Source: Minisyncoccota bacterium | Lineage (GTDB): Bacteria > Patescibacteriota > Minisyncoccia > Phycocordibacterales > UBA9973 | Length of the DNA: 64,000 bases | Reading direction: 5' to 3' | Assembly: GCA_031972855.1 (NCBI GenBank) | Contig: DALYDY010000004.1 | Span: 6,697 to 70,696 of the forward strand | Part shown: positions 45,951 through 56,170 of the stretch, in pieces | Layout: each line of letters starts with the position of its first letter | Numbering within the stretch: the stretch's first letter is position 1 | The notes under the pieces: model-generated | What the model saw: only the letters and a program-made list of their open reading frames with translations | Told to the model about the DNA's origin: nothing | The model's database searches: none | Translations under genes and position numbers: made by a program

Positions 45951-47240
45951 TTATTGTGACAAAAGGGTGTTAAGTTCGTTGTGAGCTTCTGAAACACCTT
46001 GATCAACAGAAGATTTTCCTCTATTAATATTAGTAATCATATTTTTAAATATTATATTTGTCATATCTTTGTTTGGGTCAAACCAATTTCTAGAAATCAA
46101 AGATGATCTTAAAAATAGATTCCCATAAGAAGATGTTGTAGCTTGATTTAATGTGTCGCGACGAGCGCTCGGAAGACCAAGAGTATCAGAAATAACTCCA
46201 GAAAATTCAGACCCCGACAAAAGAATCATAACAGCATAAGCTGCGTTTGGATTTTGTGATGATTTCAACATAGAAACACCTAAAACATGTGAGAGTGTCA
46301 CAGGTCTTTCTGTTCCTCTTATTTGAGGAAATTGACTTGGTGCAAAGTTGAGGTTTGGATTCTTTTCGCGAAGTGCATATATCTCACTAGCAAATCCCGG
46401 ATAAAAAGCGAGTTTCCCTACCAAAAACATGTCTCGAGCTTCAGGAAGAGCTCTATTCCAAGAATATGCATTTGATATAGGATCACTAAATGATGTAAAA
46501 AATGTAACAACTTTTGAAACACTTTCTACATCATTTAAAGTTGAAACTTTTGAAATACCACTTATATCAACTATTTTATTTCCTGATTGAAGTATTAGAG
46601 TTGTTAATATATCTTTGGCGTGAAAAACATTGTCGAATTGTCCAAAAGGAATTAAAGAACGAGTTATTGTTCCACTTATATCTTTGAGAGTTATCAAATC
46701 ATTCATCAAAAATAATTCATCCCAAATTTGAGGTGGCTGTGAGAAACCAGCAACAGACAATATGTCTCTATTATAAAAAAGTACAAAAGGGTCAGTACTA
46801 ACAGGTAAAGAAATAATTCCCTCTTTTGTTAAGAATGTTTCACTTGCCTCCATAAAAGATTGTCTAAAAAGACTTTCTGGATAACTTGTATAAGATGTCT
46901 CTTTAATAAAAGAACTAATAGCAAAAATTGTATCGTCTGGAGCAAGTATAAGGTCTGGTGCAAATCCTCCAAGTGTTGCTTTTGTAAGTTCAGATGAAAA
47001 TACAGATGGGTCTTTTTGTATATATGTTACAGAGATTGTCTTTGTAGACATATTTAACTTGTCTAAAATATCAGAAACTGAAGATGATGGTAGTGTTCCC
47101 CACATAGTTACAGAACCACTAGGAGCGGTGTTTGATGCAGACTTACCAATCTTTATTGCTCCAGAAAACAACAAAACAGCAAAGATTGCTCCAATAATAA
47201 ATACAATAATAAGGATGATTGAAAATTTCTTACTATCCAT
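45951..47240 (-). CDS. Membrane-anchored extracellular protein, possibly with a solute-binding-protein-like fold
   Basis: N-terminal TM helix, then ...GSVTMWGTLP... A periplasmic-binding-like composition is a weak signal only. Confidence 0.35.
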   Translation of the reverse strand: MDSKKFSIILIIVFIIGAIFAVLLFSGAIKIGKSASNTAPSGSVTMWGTLPSSSVSDILDKLNMSTKTISVTYIQKDPSVFSSELTKATLGGFAPDLILAPDDTIFAISSFIKETSYTSYPESLFRQSFMEASETFLTKEGIISLPVSTDPFVLFYNRDILSVAGFSQPPQIWDELFLMNDLITLKDISGTITRSLIPFGQFDNVFHAKDILTTLILQSGNKIVDISGISKVSTLNDVESVSKVVTFFTSFSDPISNAYSWNRALPEARDMFLVGKLAFYPGFASEIYALREKNPNLNFAPSQFPQIRGTERPVTLSHVLGVSMLKSSQNPNAAYAVMILLSGSEFSGVISDTLGLPSARRDTLNQATTSSYGNLFLRSSLISRNWFDPNKDMTNIIFKNMITNINRGKSSVDQGVSEAHNELNTLLSQ

Positions 47241-47760
47241 GTTTAAATATTATACCATAATGATGACTTCCAGTATGTATTCTTTGTGAGTAAATAAGGC
47301 CACAGCTCTCAAAAAGTTCTTTTGCTTTAGATTCAGATATTACATGATCTTGTTTTGGACCAAGATTACCAAAACTCTCTGACCAATCTATAAGCACTAC
47401 GAATCCTGTTTTTTTAAGAACCCTTAGTATTTCTTTTGCAAAATTTTCTTTATGTTCTATTTGAAATAAGACATTTGAGATAAGAACGACATCAATACTC
47501 TTTTCTTTTAGATGAGTTCCATTATGCTGTTCGGCATTTCCCCACAAAATAGATATATTTCGAAGGCCGAGAGAATGCGCATCTTTTTGAATACGAGAAA
47601 GTAATTCTCTTTGAACATCTACTGAATAAACTTTTCCAGAAGAACCTACGGCTTTTGCAAAAGGAATAGAAAAGGCGCCACTTCCCGCTCCAATATCAGC
47701 AACAATCATTCCAGGATGAATGGGTAGTGAATTTACAATATCGCTTGGATTTATGAACAT
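47233..47760 (-). CDS. Class I SAM-dependent methyltransferase
   Basis: Motif I VADIGAGSGAFS and the post-I motif VYSVDV. The start was taken at MFINPSD. Confidence 0.7.
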   Translation of the reverse strand: MFINPSDIVNSLPIHPGMIVADIGAGSGAFSIPFAKAVGSSGKVYSVDVQRELLSRIQKDAHSLGLRNISILWGNAEQHNGTHLKEKSIDVVLISNVLFQIEHKENFAKEILRVLKKTGFVVLIDWSESFGNLGPKQDHVISESKAKELFESCGLIYSQRIHTGSHHYGIIFKHG

Positions 47761-47812
47761 ATATATAGTATAGCAAGGGATGAGTGAATAGCGAAAAGCG
47801 GATAGTGAATAC

Positions 47813-47845
47813 AAAAAGCCGCGCGTTCCTTCGGAACACGCGGCT
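47813..47845 (-). terminator. Terminator for the 47855 gene (12-bp stem gccgcgcgttcc ttcg ggaacacgcggc)
   Basis: A near-perfect GC stem with a T-run on the minus strand. Confidence 0.6.
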
Positions 47846-47854
47846 GTGATTCAT

Positions 47855-48334
47855 TCAAACAAAATATTTTTCCTGGAGCTTTTTTAGTTTTTCACCAGCA
47901 ACCATGGCTTCTTCTTCAGTCTCATAAGGATAGTAATCTTCTAGAAGCGACTTCAAAACATGTTCTTTTTCATAAATCATTGTTATGTCTGGAATTATTT
48001 TTTTGACCGATTCCCGATTATCTTTGTAGTGTAAAACATATTCGTTTCTTCCTTTACATGTTTCAATAAAAGAAAGTTTGTCGCAATCATCAATATTAGT
48101 CGAAGTAGTCAAGAAATATCCTCGATTCATCTGTCCTTCAAAATAAGTAACATTGGGATCGTATTTATTCTTATCAGGTATCTCTTTATATTTCTGGCAT
48201 AGCTCTGTATTTCCTATATATACAAGCGATATCAAATCCCACCGTATTAATTTAAGAGCTTTTTTTTCAAGTCTTTTAACCTCTTTCTGAGAGTGTTTGA
48301 GTTGCTCGAGTACATTTTTTGTTTCTTCTTTCAT
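47855..48334 (-). CDS. Hypothetical protein (159 aa)
   Basis: Open frame with no recognisable motifs. Confidence 0.4.
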   Translation of the reverse strand: MKEETKNVLEQLKHSQKEVKRLEKKALKLIRWDLISLVYIGNTELCQKYKEIPDKNKYDPNVTYFEGQMNRGYFLTTSTNIDDCDKLSFIETCKGRNEYVLHYKDNRESVKKIIPDITMIYEKEHVLKSLLEDYYPYETEEEAMVAGEKLKKLQEKYFV

Positions 48335-48395
48335 AATATATTCAGTTTTTTAGATGTTTATTTAATACAACATTATACCCATGAAGCGTACTTGT

Positions 48396-48435
48396 CAACA
48401 AAACAGCGACGCCTTCGGCGTCGCTGTTTTGTTGT
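48396..48435. terminator. Bidirectional terminator (18-bp perfect stem caacaaaacagcgacgcc ttcg ggcgtcgctgttttgttg)
   Basis: A perfect palindrome around a ttcg tetraloop. Confidence 0.7.
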
Positions 48436-48447
48436 ATTTCTACATTA

Positions 48448-48747
48448 TTACTCTTCACTTTCAGCACTGGGTAAAATTACTTTGTTTGCATTTTCTCCAA
48501 GACGCTCTTCCGGATGAAGCGCATTATGTATATTCTGATATTCTTTGCTTGCGTTTTCCCATCTTGTCTTCTTCTTAAAAGAATTAAACTCATCAAAATC
48601 CTCCGCTGAAAAATCAACATCGTTGAATTCTTTTTCAGCTTCAAGATACTCTGTCTCCGCATTTTTCAAATCAGTTTCAGTATACACTTTTGATTGTTCC
48701 ACTTCTTCTTTCTTTTTTCCAAATTCAATTCCAAACATAGTTATCAA
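48448..48747 (-). CDS. Small acidic hypothetical protein (99 aa)
   Basis: An E/D/K-rich open frame directly upstream of gyrA. Confidence 0.35.
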   Translation of the reverse strand: MITMFGIEFGKKKEEVEQSKVYTETDLKNAETEYLEAEKEFNDVDFSAEDFDEFNSFKKKTRWENASKEYQNIHNALHPEERLGENANKVILPSAESEE

Positions 48748-48782
48748 TATTTATAATTTATAATAATTTTATTATACCACAC

Positions 48783-51230
48783 TTACAAAAAAGCCAGTGA
48801 CGCAATCGAATCTCCGTCGCGCATTTTCATAATAGTCACACCTTGAGTGTCGCGTCCTGATGTTGAAATACTCTTGATTTCAGTACGAATGATTTGTCCT
48901 TTTTGAGATACAGCTACAAGTTCTGTTGCTTCGTTCACCACTGCCGCAGCAATAAGTTGACCTGTTTTAGCTGTAATCTTCGCAGTCTTCACCCCACTAC
49001 CACCACGTTTTTGAACTTTGTATTCTTTGAGGGGTGTTTTCTTTCCAAGACCATTTGCAGAAAGTACGAGAAGTGAGCCATCTTTTTCATCACCATTAAT
49101 AGCAGCAACTCCGATAACTCCATCACCTTTTCCAAGCTTCATACCTCTTACTCCACCTGCAGCACGTCCCATTTCACGAACGTCAGATACATCAAAACGG
49201 ATTGATTGACCTTGCATTGTTGCAAGCAATACTTCTGTATTCTTTTCGGCTGTTACTACTGATACGAGTTCATCACCTGCTTCGAGTTTGATTGCAATAA
49301 TTCCAGAACGACGAACATCTTTAAATGATTCTGCTGAAACCTTTTTAACTTCACCGTGTTTTGTTATGAGGACTAGCTGACCAACACTAGCTTTCTTTTC
49401 TTTTGAAATTGGGAGAATAGATGTAACCTTCTCAACATCAGAAAGCTGTAGGAAATTCATAATTGATTTTCCTTTTGTTGCACGTTTTCCTTCTGGAATT
49501 TCATACATTTTGATTTGGTATGCTTTTCCAAGGTTTGTGAAAAATAGAAGTTCACTGTGAGTATTTGCTGTTAGAAGCATTGTTACAAAATCTTCTTCTT
49601 TTGTTTCAATATCAATAACTCCAACACCTCCACGTTTTTGTGAACGATATTCTGATGGGTCAGTACGTTTTACATAACCACCTTTTGTATAAACAAGAAG
49701 ACTTTCTTTTTCTGGAATCAAATCTTCATCAGAAATACTTGCAACACCCCCCTTCATAACACGAGTACGACGTTCATCACCATATTTTTCTTTGATTGCG
49801 ACCAATTCTTCGGCAATAACTTTCAACATTTTCTTTGGACTTGCGAGAAGTGCTTCACACTCTGCAATGAAGGCTTGTTTTTCTTTAAGTTCAAGTTCTA
49901 CGGCTTTTCGCTCAAGGCCTGCGAGTTTTTGCAAACGCATTTCAAGAATAGCAATTGTTTGTAATTCACTAAATTTGAATTCTTTCATCAAATTCACCTT
50001 TGCAAGAGCAGCGTCTTTTGATTCGCGGATGATTGTAATAACACGGTCAATATGGTCTAGAGCTTTTTTCAAGCCAAGCAATATATGCTCGCGTTCTTTT
50101 GCTTTACGAAGGTCAAATTCTGTACGACGACGAACTATCACTTGTCTATGACTAATGAATTCTGAAAGAAGAGATTTGAGTGAAAGAGTTTGAGGTACAC
50201 CATCAACAAGTGCTACCACATTGAAGTGAAAAGTATTCTCAAGTTGAGTATGTTTGAAAAGATAATTCAAAACTTTTTGTGGATGTACCCCACTCTTAAG
50301 TTCAATAACGATACGAATATCTTTTGCAGATTCATCGCGCATATCCTTGATACCTTCGAGCTTCTTCTCGTGAACAAGGTCTGCCATATTTATAATCAAA
50401 TCCTGCTTGTTTACACGGTATGGAATTGAAGTAATGATAATATGAAAAGTTCCATTTTTTGCTTCAATGATTTCTGTTTCTCCGCGACAAACGACACCTC
50501 CACGTCCTGATGCATATGCGTGCAATATGTCTTGTTTATTATAAATAATTCCACCTGTTGGGAAGTCTGGACCTTTTACAAATTCTGCCAGGTCTTCTGT
50601 TGTTGCGTCTGGATTCTCTATCAAATGACTACAAGCATCAATAACCTCTCCGAGATTGTGGGGAGGAATATTTGTTGCCATACCAACAGCAATACCAAGA
50701 GTTCCATTCAAAAGAAGGTTTGGAACAGCTGTAGGAAGAACTGTAGGCTCTTTTTTTGAACCATCATAGTTTGGACGAAAATCAACAGTGTCTTTTTCTA
50801 GATCTCTCAAAAGTTCACCTGAGAGTTTTGACATACGAGCTTCAGTGTAACGCATCGCAGCTGCATTATCTCCATCAATAGAACCAAAGTTACCTTGACC
50901 AATAATAAGAGGATAGCGAGTTGAGAAATCTTGAGCAAGGTTTACCATTGCATCATAAACAGATACGTCACCGTGTGGGTGATATTTTCCGAGCACGTCT
51001 CCGACTACTGCTGCAGACTTGCGAGCCTTAGAAGAAGCTGTGAGTCCCATCTCATGCATTGCAAACAATATGCGACGATGAACAGGCTTCAATCCATCAC
51101 GAACATCAGGAAGTGCACGTTCTGTAATAACAGACATGGCATAGTCGATATATGCAGTCTTCATTTCAGTTGCAATATTTACTGAAATAACTCCTTCGTG
51201 TTTTGGTACTATAGGTTGTTCTTCTTTCAT
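48783..51230 (-). CDS. gyrA: DNA gyrase subunit A
   Basis: Contains [10 protein letters not shown] and the active-site Tyr region, with a C-terminal beta-pinwheel; 815 aa. Confidence 0.95.
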   Translation of the reverse strand: MKEEQPIVPKHEGVISVNIATEMKTAYIDYAMSVITERALPDVRDGLKPVHRRILFAMHEMGLTASSKARKSAAVVGDVLGKYHPHGDVSVYDAMVNLAQDFSTRYPLIIGQGNFGSIDGDNAAAMRYTEARMSKLSGELLRDLEKDTVDFRPNYDGSKKEPTVLPTAVPNLLLNGTLGIAVGMATNIPPHNLGEVIDACSHLIENPDATTEDLAEFVKGPDFPTGGIIYNKQDILHAYASGRGGVVCRGETEIIEAKNGTFHIIITSIPYRVNKQDLIINMADLVHEKKLEGIKDMRDESAKDIRIVIELKSGVHPQKVLNYLFKHTQLENTFHFNVVALVDGVPQTLSLKSLLSEFISHRQVIVRRRTEFDLRKAKEREHILLGLKKALDHIDRVITIIRESKDAALAKVNLMKEFKFSELQTIAILEMRLQKLAGLERKAVELELKEKQAFIAECEALLASPKKMLKVIAEELVAIKEKYGDERRTRVMKGGVASISDEDLIPEKESLLVYTKGGYVKRTDPSEYRSQKRGGVGVIDIETKEEDFVTMLLTANTHSELLFFTNLGKAYQIKMYEIPEGKRATKGKSIMNFLQLSDVEKVTSILPISKEKKASVGQLVLITKHGEVKKVSAESFKDVRRSGIIAIKLEAGDELVSVVTAEKNTEVLLATMQGQSIRFDVSDVREMGRAAGGVRGMKLGKGDGVIGVAAINGDEKDGSLLVLSANGLGKKTPLKEYKVQKRGGSGVKTAKITAKTGQLIAAAVVNEATELVAVSQKGQIIRTEIKSISTSGRDTQGVTIMKMRDGDSIASLAFL

Positions 51231-51292
51231 AATATATTTGTATTATAGCATTTTTAAAAGCTTATTCCAAAGGATAAATTGGTATATTTTAT

Positions 51293-51550
51293 TTATTTTT
51301 TTAGAGAATCTGTAATATTTTTAACACCAGAACCAACCTGATTTGTAGTATTTGAAAAAGAATCTTTTAAAACCTTTAGTGGTGAAATATTTGCTTTTGC
51401 TTTTGCTTCTATGCTTTTTGAGTTTATTGATGAAATAAAACTAAAAATCCAAATAAAGAAAATGATTGAACCAATAACAAAAGTAATACCTATTGCCCAG
51501 TTTTTTCTTACATGTTCAGGTTTTTGTCTAATCCTTCTAATGTATTCCAT
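51293..51550 (-). CDS. Small single-TM hypothetical protein (85 aa)
   Basis: One TM helix (WAIGITFVIGSIIFFIWIFSFI). Confidence 0.35.
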   Translation of the reverse strand: MEYIRRIRQKPEHVRKNWAIGITFVIGSIIFFIWIFSFISSINSKSIEAKAKANISPLKVLKDSFSNTTNQVGSGVKNITDSLKK

Positions 51551-51557
51551 ATATAAT

Positions 51558-52199
51558 TTATTTTACACTTTCCAAAACAAAGACAACAGCTTCTTTTCCA
51601 TCTAAATCTTTTTTCTTTAGAGTTAGTTTATCTTCACCACTTACTCCTTCTTGTCCCATTTCTTTTAGGAACTGAGGCAATGATTTATCTGTGCGGTCTG
51701 TTCCATAATCCATAGGGATTACAATTTTTGTATCTGTTGATACTGCGAGTTTTGATGCTTTTTTGAAATCAAGAGTTCCTTCTCCTCCTATTGGAACAAA
51801 CAGAACATCGGCCGTGCTTAATAACTCGCGTACATCTGGAGATATTTCAGAATCTTGTGACATATGTCCAATAAATCCAAGAGTAATACCATCAACTATA
51901 AGAGTGTATACAGTATTTATATATGTCTTTTTATCAACAATGGTTTCTACACCTACCCCATCTATTGGTATATTTTTGATTTCATATGATCCTGGACCAT
52001 TCAAAACGAAAGGTTCTTTTTCGCCAAAAGTTACCATCTCTATACCATTAAAATCTTTGTGGTTTGTTGTTACTAATACAATATCAGCACCAAAACGTGA
52101 TTCTTTGTGGTCTGAATCTTTTGAAATTGGATTGATAGCGATAGTTAAATCGCCTTGAGTAATTTTGAAAAATTGTTTTCCGAGATATGTGATAACCAT
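51558..52199 (-). CDS. MBL-fold metallo-hydrolase (Lactamase_B_3 / UlaG-like), second paralog
   Basis: MVITYLGKQFFKI ... DIVLVTTNHKDF ... GFIGHM ... resembles UPF0173-type MBL proteins. Confidence 0.55.
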   Translation of the reverse strand: MVITYLGKQFFKITQGDLTIAINPISKDSDHKESRFGADIVLVTTNHKDFNGIEMVTFGEKEPFVLNGPGSYEIKNIPIDGVGVETIVDKKTYINTVYTLIVDGITLGFIGHMSQDSEISPDVRELLSTADVLFVPIGGEGTLDFKKASKLAVSTDTKIVIPMDYGTDRTDKSLPQFLKEMGQEGVSGEDKLTLKKKDLDGKEAVVFVLESVK

Positions 52200-52236
52200 A
52201 ATAGAAGTATTCTAACAAAATTTAAAGAATAAAAAA

Positions 52237-52268
52237 AGCCGAATTTTCCCAAAGGGGAAAATTCGGCT
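52237..52268. terminator. Terminator hairpin 1 (agccgaattttccc aaa ggggaaaattcggct)
   Basis: A perfect 14-bp stem flanked by A and T runs. Confidence 0.6.
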
Positions 52269-52294
52269 TTTTTTATTCAATTAAAACAATAAAA

Positions 52295-52314
52295 AGTCCC
52301 GCCAAAGCGGGACT
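52295..52314 (-). terminator. Terminator hairpin 2 (agtcccgc caaa gcgggact) for the 52326 gene
   Basis: A perfect 8-bp stem with a T-run on the minus strand. Confidence 0.55.
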
Positions 52315-52325
52315 GCAATTTTTAT

Positions 52326-52709
52326 TTAACAAAATTTAGGATTATTGTTAAATAAAAATTTAAAATAATTTTCTGAATCTTGCTGGAATTTAAACATCAA
52401 ATCATCGAAGGCTGTCCACATACATACCACCTTTTGGCTTAGTGTGTAATGTTTTGTGAAAATAAAATTAATTCTTTTTATTAAAATTGAAATTGCTTTC
52501 ATTTTTAATAAATGAACCCGGGTGAGGAATTTTTTTGCAAAAACATCTCCCTTTTTACATAATTGCATAAAGCAAATTGATAGACTTGGTCCGAAGGTTT
52601 TTTCAAAACTACTAATAACTTCTTCAGTTTCGATTGGTAAACGATTTTCCATATTATTTTGTTTTAATTGTTCATACAACATTATACAGATATTATCTAA
52701 TATAGTCAA
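52326..52709 (-). CDS. Hypothetical protein (127 aa)
   Basis: Open frame with Cys residues (C..C) and no recognisable family. Confidence 0.35.
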   Translation of the reverse strand: MTILDNICIMLYEQLKQNNMENRLPIETEEVISSFEKTFGPSLSICFMQLCKKGDVFAKKFLTRVHLLKMKAISILIKRINFIFTKHYTLSQKVVCMWTAFDDLMFKFQQDSENYFKFLFNNNPKFC

Positions 52710-52718
52710 TCTATTTTA

Positions 52719-52747
52719 TTGCAAAACAAATAGACTTCTGGTATAAT
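52719..52747 (+). promoter_or_regulatory. Sigma70 promoter for rpsA (TTGCAA-17-TGgTATAAT)
   Basis: -35 at 52719-52724 and an extended -10 at 52739-52747, giving a 5' UTR of about 100 nt. Confidence 0.45.
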
Positions 52748-52824
52748 CTCTCCATTACAAAGTCGTAATTGAAATAACCCCCGGAATCCCTAATTGACCT
52801 TATAAAATCCAGGAAATCAATTAC

Positions 52825-52848
52825 ACCGCAGTATGTGCGGTATTTTTT
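52825..52848 (+). promoter_or_regulatory. Terminator-like hairpin plus U-run in the rpsA 5' UTR, 9 nt before the start codon (candidate attenuator or autoregulatory site)
   Basis: accgca gtat gtgcggt, then attttttt. Confidence 0.35.
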
Positions 52849-52856
52849 ATACCAAT

Positions 52857-53906
52857 ATGAAACAATTTGCAGAAAAAATAATTGATAAACCAGTTCTCGA
52901 AGCACTAGTTGAAGGACCTGTTATATCAATTCAAAAATCATCAGTTTATGTTGATCTTGGACCACAAGGAACAGGTATCATCTATGGACGTGAATTTATA
53001 AATGCTCGTGATATTATCCGCAAGATCAATCTTGGAGATACAATCAAGGCAAAAGTAGTAGACATTGAGAACGATGAAGGTTATGTTGAGCTTTCTTTGA
53101 AAGAAGCAAAACAAGCTCTCATCTGGAGTGAAGCTGAAAAAGCTATCAAAGCAAAACTTCCTATCGACCTAATCGTTAAAGAAGCAAACAAAGGTGGACT
53201 TATTCTTGAATGGCAAGGTATCCCAGGATTCCTTCCTGCATCACAATTGAAAGCAGATCACTACCCTCGTGTTCTTGATTCAGACAAAGACAAAATCTTG
53301 AAAGAATTGAAAAAACTCGTTGGACAATCTCTTTCTGTTACTATTATCTCAGCTCTTTCAAAAGAAGGTAAACTTATCTTCTCAGAAAAAGAATCTGACT
53401 CAGGAGAAAGACAAGAAATGGTTGGAAAATACAATATCGGTGACGAAGTTACAACAACTGTTGCTGGTCTTGTTGATTTCGGAGTATTCTTGAAAGTTGA
53501 AGAAGGACTAGAAGGTCTTGTTCACATCTCAGAAATTGATTGGGGTCTAGTAGAAGATCCTCGCCAAATGTTCAAAATCGGTGACAAAGTTCAAGCAAAA
53601 GTTATTGATATCAAAGAAGGAAAAGTTTCTCTTTCTATCAAAGCTCTCAAAGAAAATCCTTGGACATCATTCGAAGGTAAACTCAAAAAAGGAGATACAA
53701 TCTCAGGTGTTGTTATCAAATACAACAAACATGGTGCTCTTGTATCAATCAAAGAAGGTGTTGCAGGTCTAGTACACAACTCTTCATTCGGTGGAGATGC
53801 AGAACTCAAAAAACATCTTTCTCTAGGAAAAACATATGACTTCACAGTTACATTGTTTGAACCAAAAGAACAAAAGATGACACTTACACTCGTAGAGAAT
53901 AAGTAA
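52857..53906 (+). CDS. rpsA: 30S ribosomal protein S1 (four S1 domains)
   Basis: Repeated S1 OB-fold motifs (…GTGIIYGREF…, …LEGLVHISEI…, …VAGLVHNSSF…). Confidence 0.85.
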   Translation: MKQFAEKIIDKPVLEALVEGPVISIQKSSVYVDLGPQGTGIIYGREFINARDIIRKINLGDTIKAKVVDIENDEGYVELSLKEAKQALIWSEAEKAIKAKLPIDLIVKEANKGGLILEWQGIPGFLPASQLKADHYPRVLDSDKDKILKELKKLVGQSLSVTIISALSKEGKLIFSEKESDSGERQEMVGKYNIGDEVTTTVAGLVDFGVFLKVEEGLEGLVHISEIDWGLVEDPRQMFKIGDKVQAKVIDIKEGKVSLSIKALKENPWTSFEGKLKKGDTISGVVIKYNKHGALVSIKEGVAGLVHNSSFGGDAELKKHLSLGKTYDFTVTLFEPKEQKMTLTLVENK

Positions 53907-53916
53907 TCACAGAATA

Positions 53917-53948
53917 AAATAGCGGGACCCTTCGGGTCCCGCTATTTT
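53917..53948 (+). terminator. Intrinsic terminator after rpsA (aaaatagcgggaccc ttcg ggtcccgctatttt)
   Basis: A perfect stem plus a T-run. Confidence 0.7.
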
Positions 53949-54052
53949 ATTATTTAGCCGTACTCTAATCGACATATCGTACGACACGATTTCGCAAAAT
54001 CAAAAATAAAATCCTAATTCAACCTTAGAGGTTAAATCAGGATTTTAAAATT

Positions 54053-54793
54053 TTAGAAAGCATACAGACGATATTCTTCACGTTCACCAACAATGGCGGA
54101 CATGAAGTCTCCCCAACCTTTGTCATGACAATGTATTTCGATTGTTTGATTACCAACTGTAATCATCTGAGGAAAACTCTTTCTCACTTCTGGAGCTCTT
54201 TTTTTGAAAAGATTTGGATCGCTTTTTACTTTATTTTTGAAAGCTATCAAAAATTTCTTGTATTCTTTTGGGCAGGTGTCGATATATTCTTCCCAAACAG
54301 GAGGAACTCCATCAAAACCACCAGACAAAGAAATTCTTTCTTTTGAAAAAACACTTCCAGTATTAATAAGATTAAAATTAGTTAATTTATTAAGCTCATG
54401 CCTATCATTAATAATCTTAAACATCTTCCCAAAAATGATTGGTGATACAAACATTGCCCCACCCAGTGACGAAATAATCATCGGTATTAAAAGGGTCTGA
54501 TTGCTTTCATGTATATTTTTAGCAAAAGCTAAAAATATCCCAATAAATCCTATAGAAAGCGTTAGAGGGACCCAGTGATTATTTTTTTCAAAGAAAATAA
54601 TCAAAGGTAACATTCCTGCTATTCCATAGAAAACTGTGATAAATATATCAAGAGGTATTTTACCTATGAAAACATTATCATCATAGTGAGTTAACAGAGT
54701 AACTACAATAAATGAGATTACACCAACTATGATGCGGTAAATAGATGTCGTTCCGAAAGCAATAGCTTTCCTAAAAATTATATTGTTTTTCAT
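54053..54793 (-). CDS. Multi-TM hypothetical membrane protein with a cytoplasmic C-terminal domain
   Basis: Four or five TM helices, then a soluble domain with a CHD motif. Confidence 0.4.
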   Translation of the reverse strand: MKNNIIFRKAIAFGTTSIYRIIVGVISFIVVTLLTHYDDNVFIGKIPLDIFITVFYGIAGMLPLIIFFEKNNHWVPLTLSIGFIGIFLAFAKNIHESNQTLLIPMIISSLGGAMFVSPIIFGKMFKIINDRHELNKLTNFNLINTGSVFSKERISLSGGFDGVPPVWEEYIDTCPKEYKKFLIAFKNKVKSDPNLFKKRAPEVRKSFPQMITVGNQTIEIHCHDKGWGDFMSAIVGEREEYRLYAF

Positions 54794-54917
54794 GTGCGTT
54801 TGTTTATTTGCATGTATTATAGCACAATTAAATACATTATGTCAAATTAAAACACCTTATAAAACAAGGTGTTTTTAAGATGGTATTCAAAATTAACGAA
54901 TTATATTATTACGGAAA

Positions 54918-55475
54918 TTATTGATTATATAGATTCATTGCTTTCTCTTTTCCTTCCACTACTATAGTATCAATTACTTTGTGGAAGTGAGGTGCAAGAG
55001 TTACGAGCGCCTCTGATTCAGATTCAGAGAAATTCCCCATAACATCTGGTTTGCGAAGTATTCCACCCTCATCAGTAATCGCTACACCCACGCGCACGCG
55101 GATGAAATTCTTTCCACCATAGTGTTCAATAATAGATTTTATTCCATTGTGTCCTCCACTACCTCTGTCATAAGAAATACGAATAGTTCCGAGCGGTAAA
55201 TCTATATCATCTTGAACGACAACTAATTTTTCTAAATCTATTTCATATTGTTTTTGCAAAAGAGATATAACACTTCCAGAATCATTCATAAAAGTTTCTG
55301 GTTTTACAAACAATATTCCCTCTCCAATATTTGCTCTTGCAACAAGTGAATTTACATATTTATTCTTTTCGAATTCTACATTAGAAAAAGCCTTATCAAT
55401 AAGTATCCACGCCACATTGTGACGAGTATTTTTATATTCACTTCCAGGATTTCCGAGCCCGATGATTGTATACAT
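54918..55475 (-). CDS. pth: Peptidyl-tRNA hydrolase
   Basis: Sequence MYTIIGLGNPGSEYKNTRHNVAW with the conserved His and Asp. Confidence 0.9.
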   Translation of the reverse strand: MYTIIGLGNPGSEYKNTRHNVAWILIDKAFSNVEFEKNKYVNSLVARANIGEGILFVKPETFMNDSGSVISLLQKQYEIDLEKLVVVQDDIDLPLGTIRISYDRGSGGHNGIKSIIEHYGGKNFIRVRVGVAITDEGGILRKPDVMGNFSESESEALVTLAPHFHKVIDTIVVEGKEKAMNLYNQ

Positions 55476-55556
55476 GATTTTTAAATTTTAGCACAAAATA
55501 TTTAAAAATATCTAATTTGTGTCTAATCTTTTTTTCTTGTATAATAGTGGGAATAT

Positions 55557-56159
55557 ATGGAAAAAACCGAAGAAATTAAGGACGAAATCAAAGTAGTTGA
55601 AGTCGAAAAGAAAGAAGACTGGCGTGACGTTTTACGCTTCATTATTATTTCACTCTTAATTGTTATTCCTATAAGAATGTATGTTGCAAAACCTTTTATT
55701 GTAGAAGGCACTTCTATGTTCCCTACTTTCCACAATGGTGATTATTTAATAGTTGACCAAATATCTTATATTATTTCAGGAAAAGTAAACCGTGGTGATG
55801 TTGTTGTTATAAAACCTCCAATGGATGAAAGTAAATATTTTATCAAACGCCTCATAGGTCTTCCTGGAGATACAATAATGATTAATGGAAGTGAAGTTAA
55901 AATAATAAACAAAGAACACCCTTTGGGTGTAATTTTAGACGAACCTTATGTAGAAAATAAAGGAAATGACAACAACCTACTATTCGTTGTTCCAGAAGAT
56001 CAATACTTCGTTATGGGAGACAATAGAACAGCATCTTATGATTCACGTGGTTGGGGTTTCCTTCCAAAGAAAGATTTAGTAGGAAAAGCATTAGTAAGAC
56101 TATTCCCACCAAAATCAATAGATTTACTTCCTGGTAAATTTGATCAATCATTAAAATAA
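55557..56159 (+). CDS. lepB: Signal peptidase I
   Basis: TM helix, catalytic Ser (GTSMFPT), Lys box (KRLIGLPGD) and GDNRTASYDSRGWG. Confidence 0.85.
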   Translation: MEKTEEIKDEIKVVEVEKKEDWRDVLRFIIISLLIVIPIRMYVAKPFIVEGTSMFPTFHNGDYLIVDQISYIISGKVNRGDVVVIKPPMDESKYFIKRLIGLPGDTIMINGSEVKIINKEHPLGVILDEPYVENKGNDNNLLFVVPEDQYFVMGDNRTASYDSRGWGFLPKKDLVGKALVRLFPPKSIDLLPGKFDQSLK

Positions 56160-56170
56160 TTCAAAATAAT

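Noticed and set aside
52711-52905. 64-aa minus-strand ORF
   Set aside because: It overlaps the predicted rpsA promoter and leader and the rpsA start. It is more likely non-coding.
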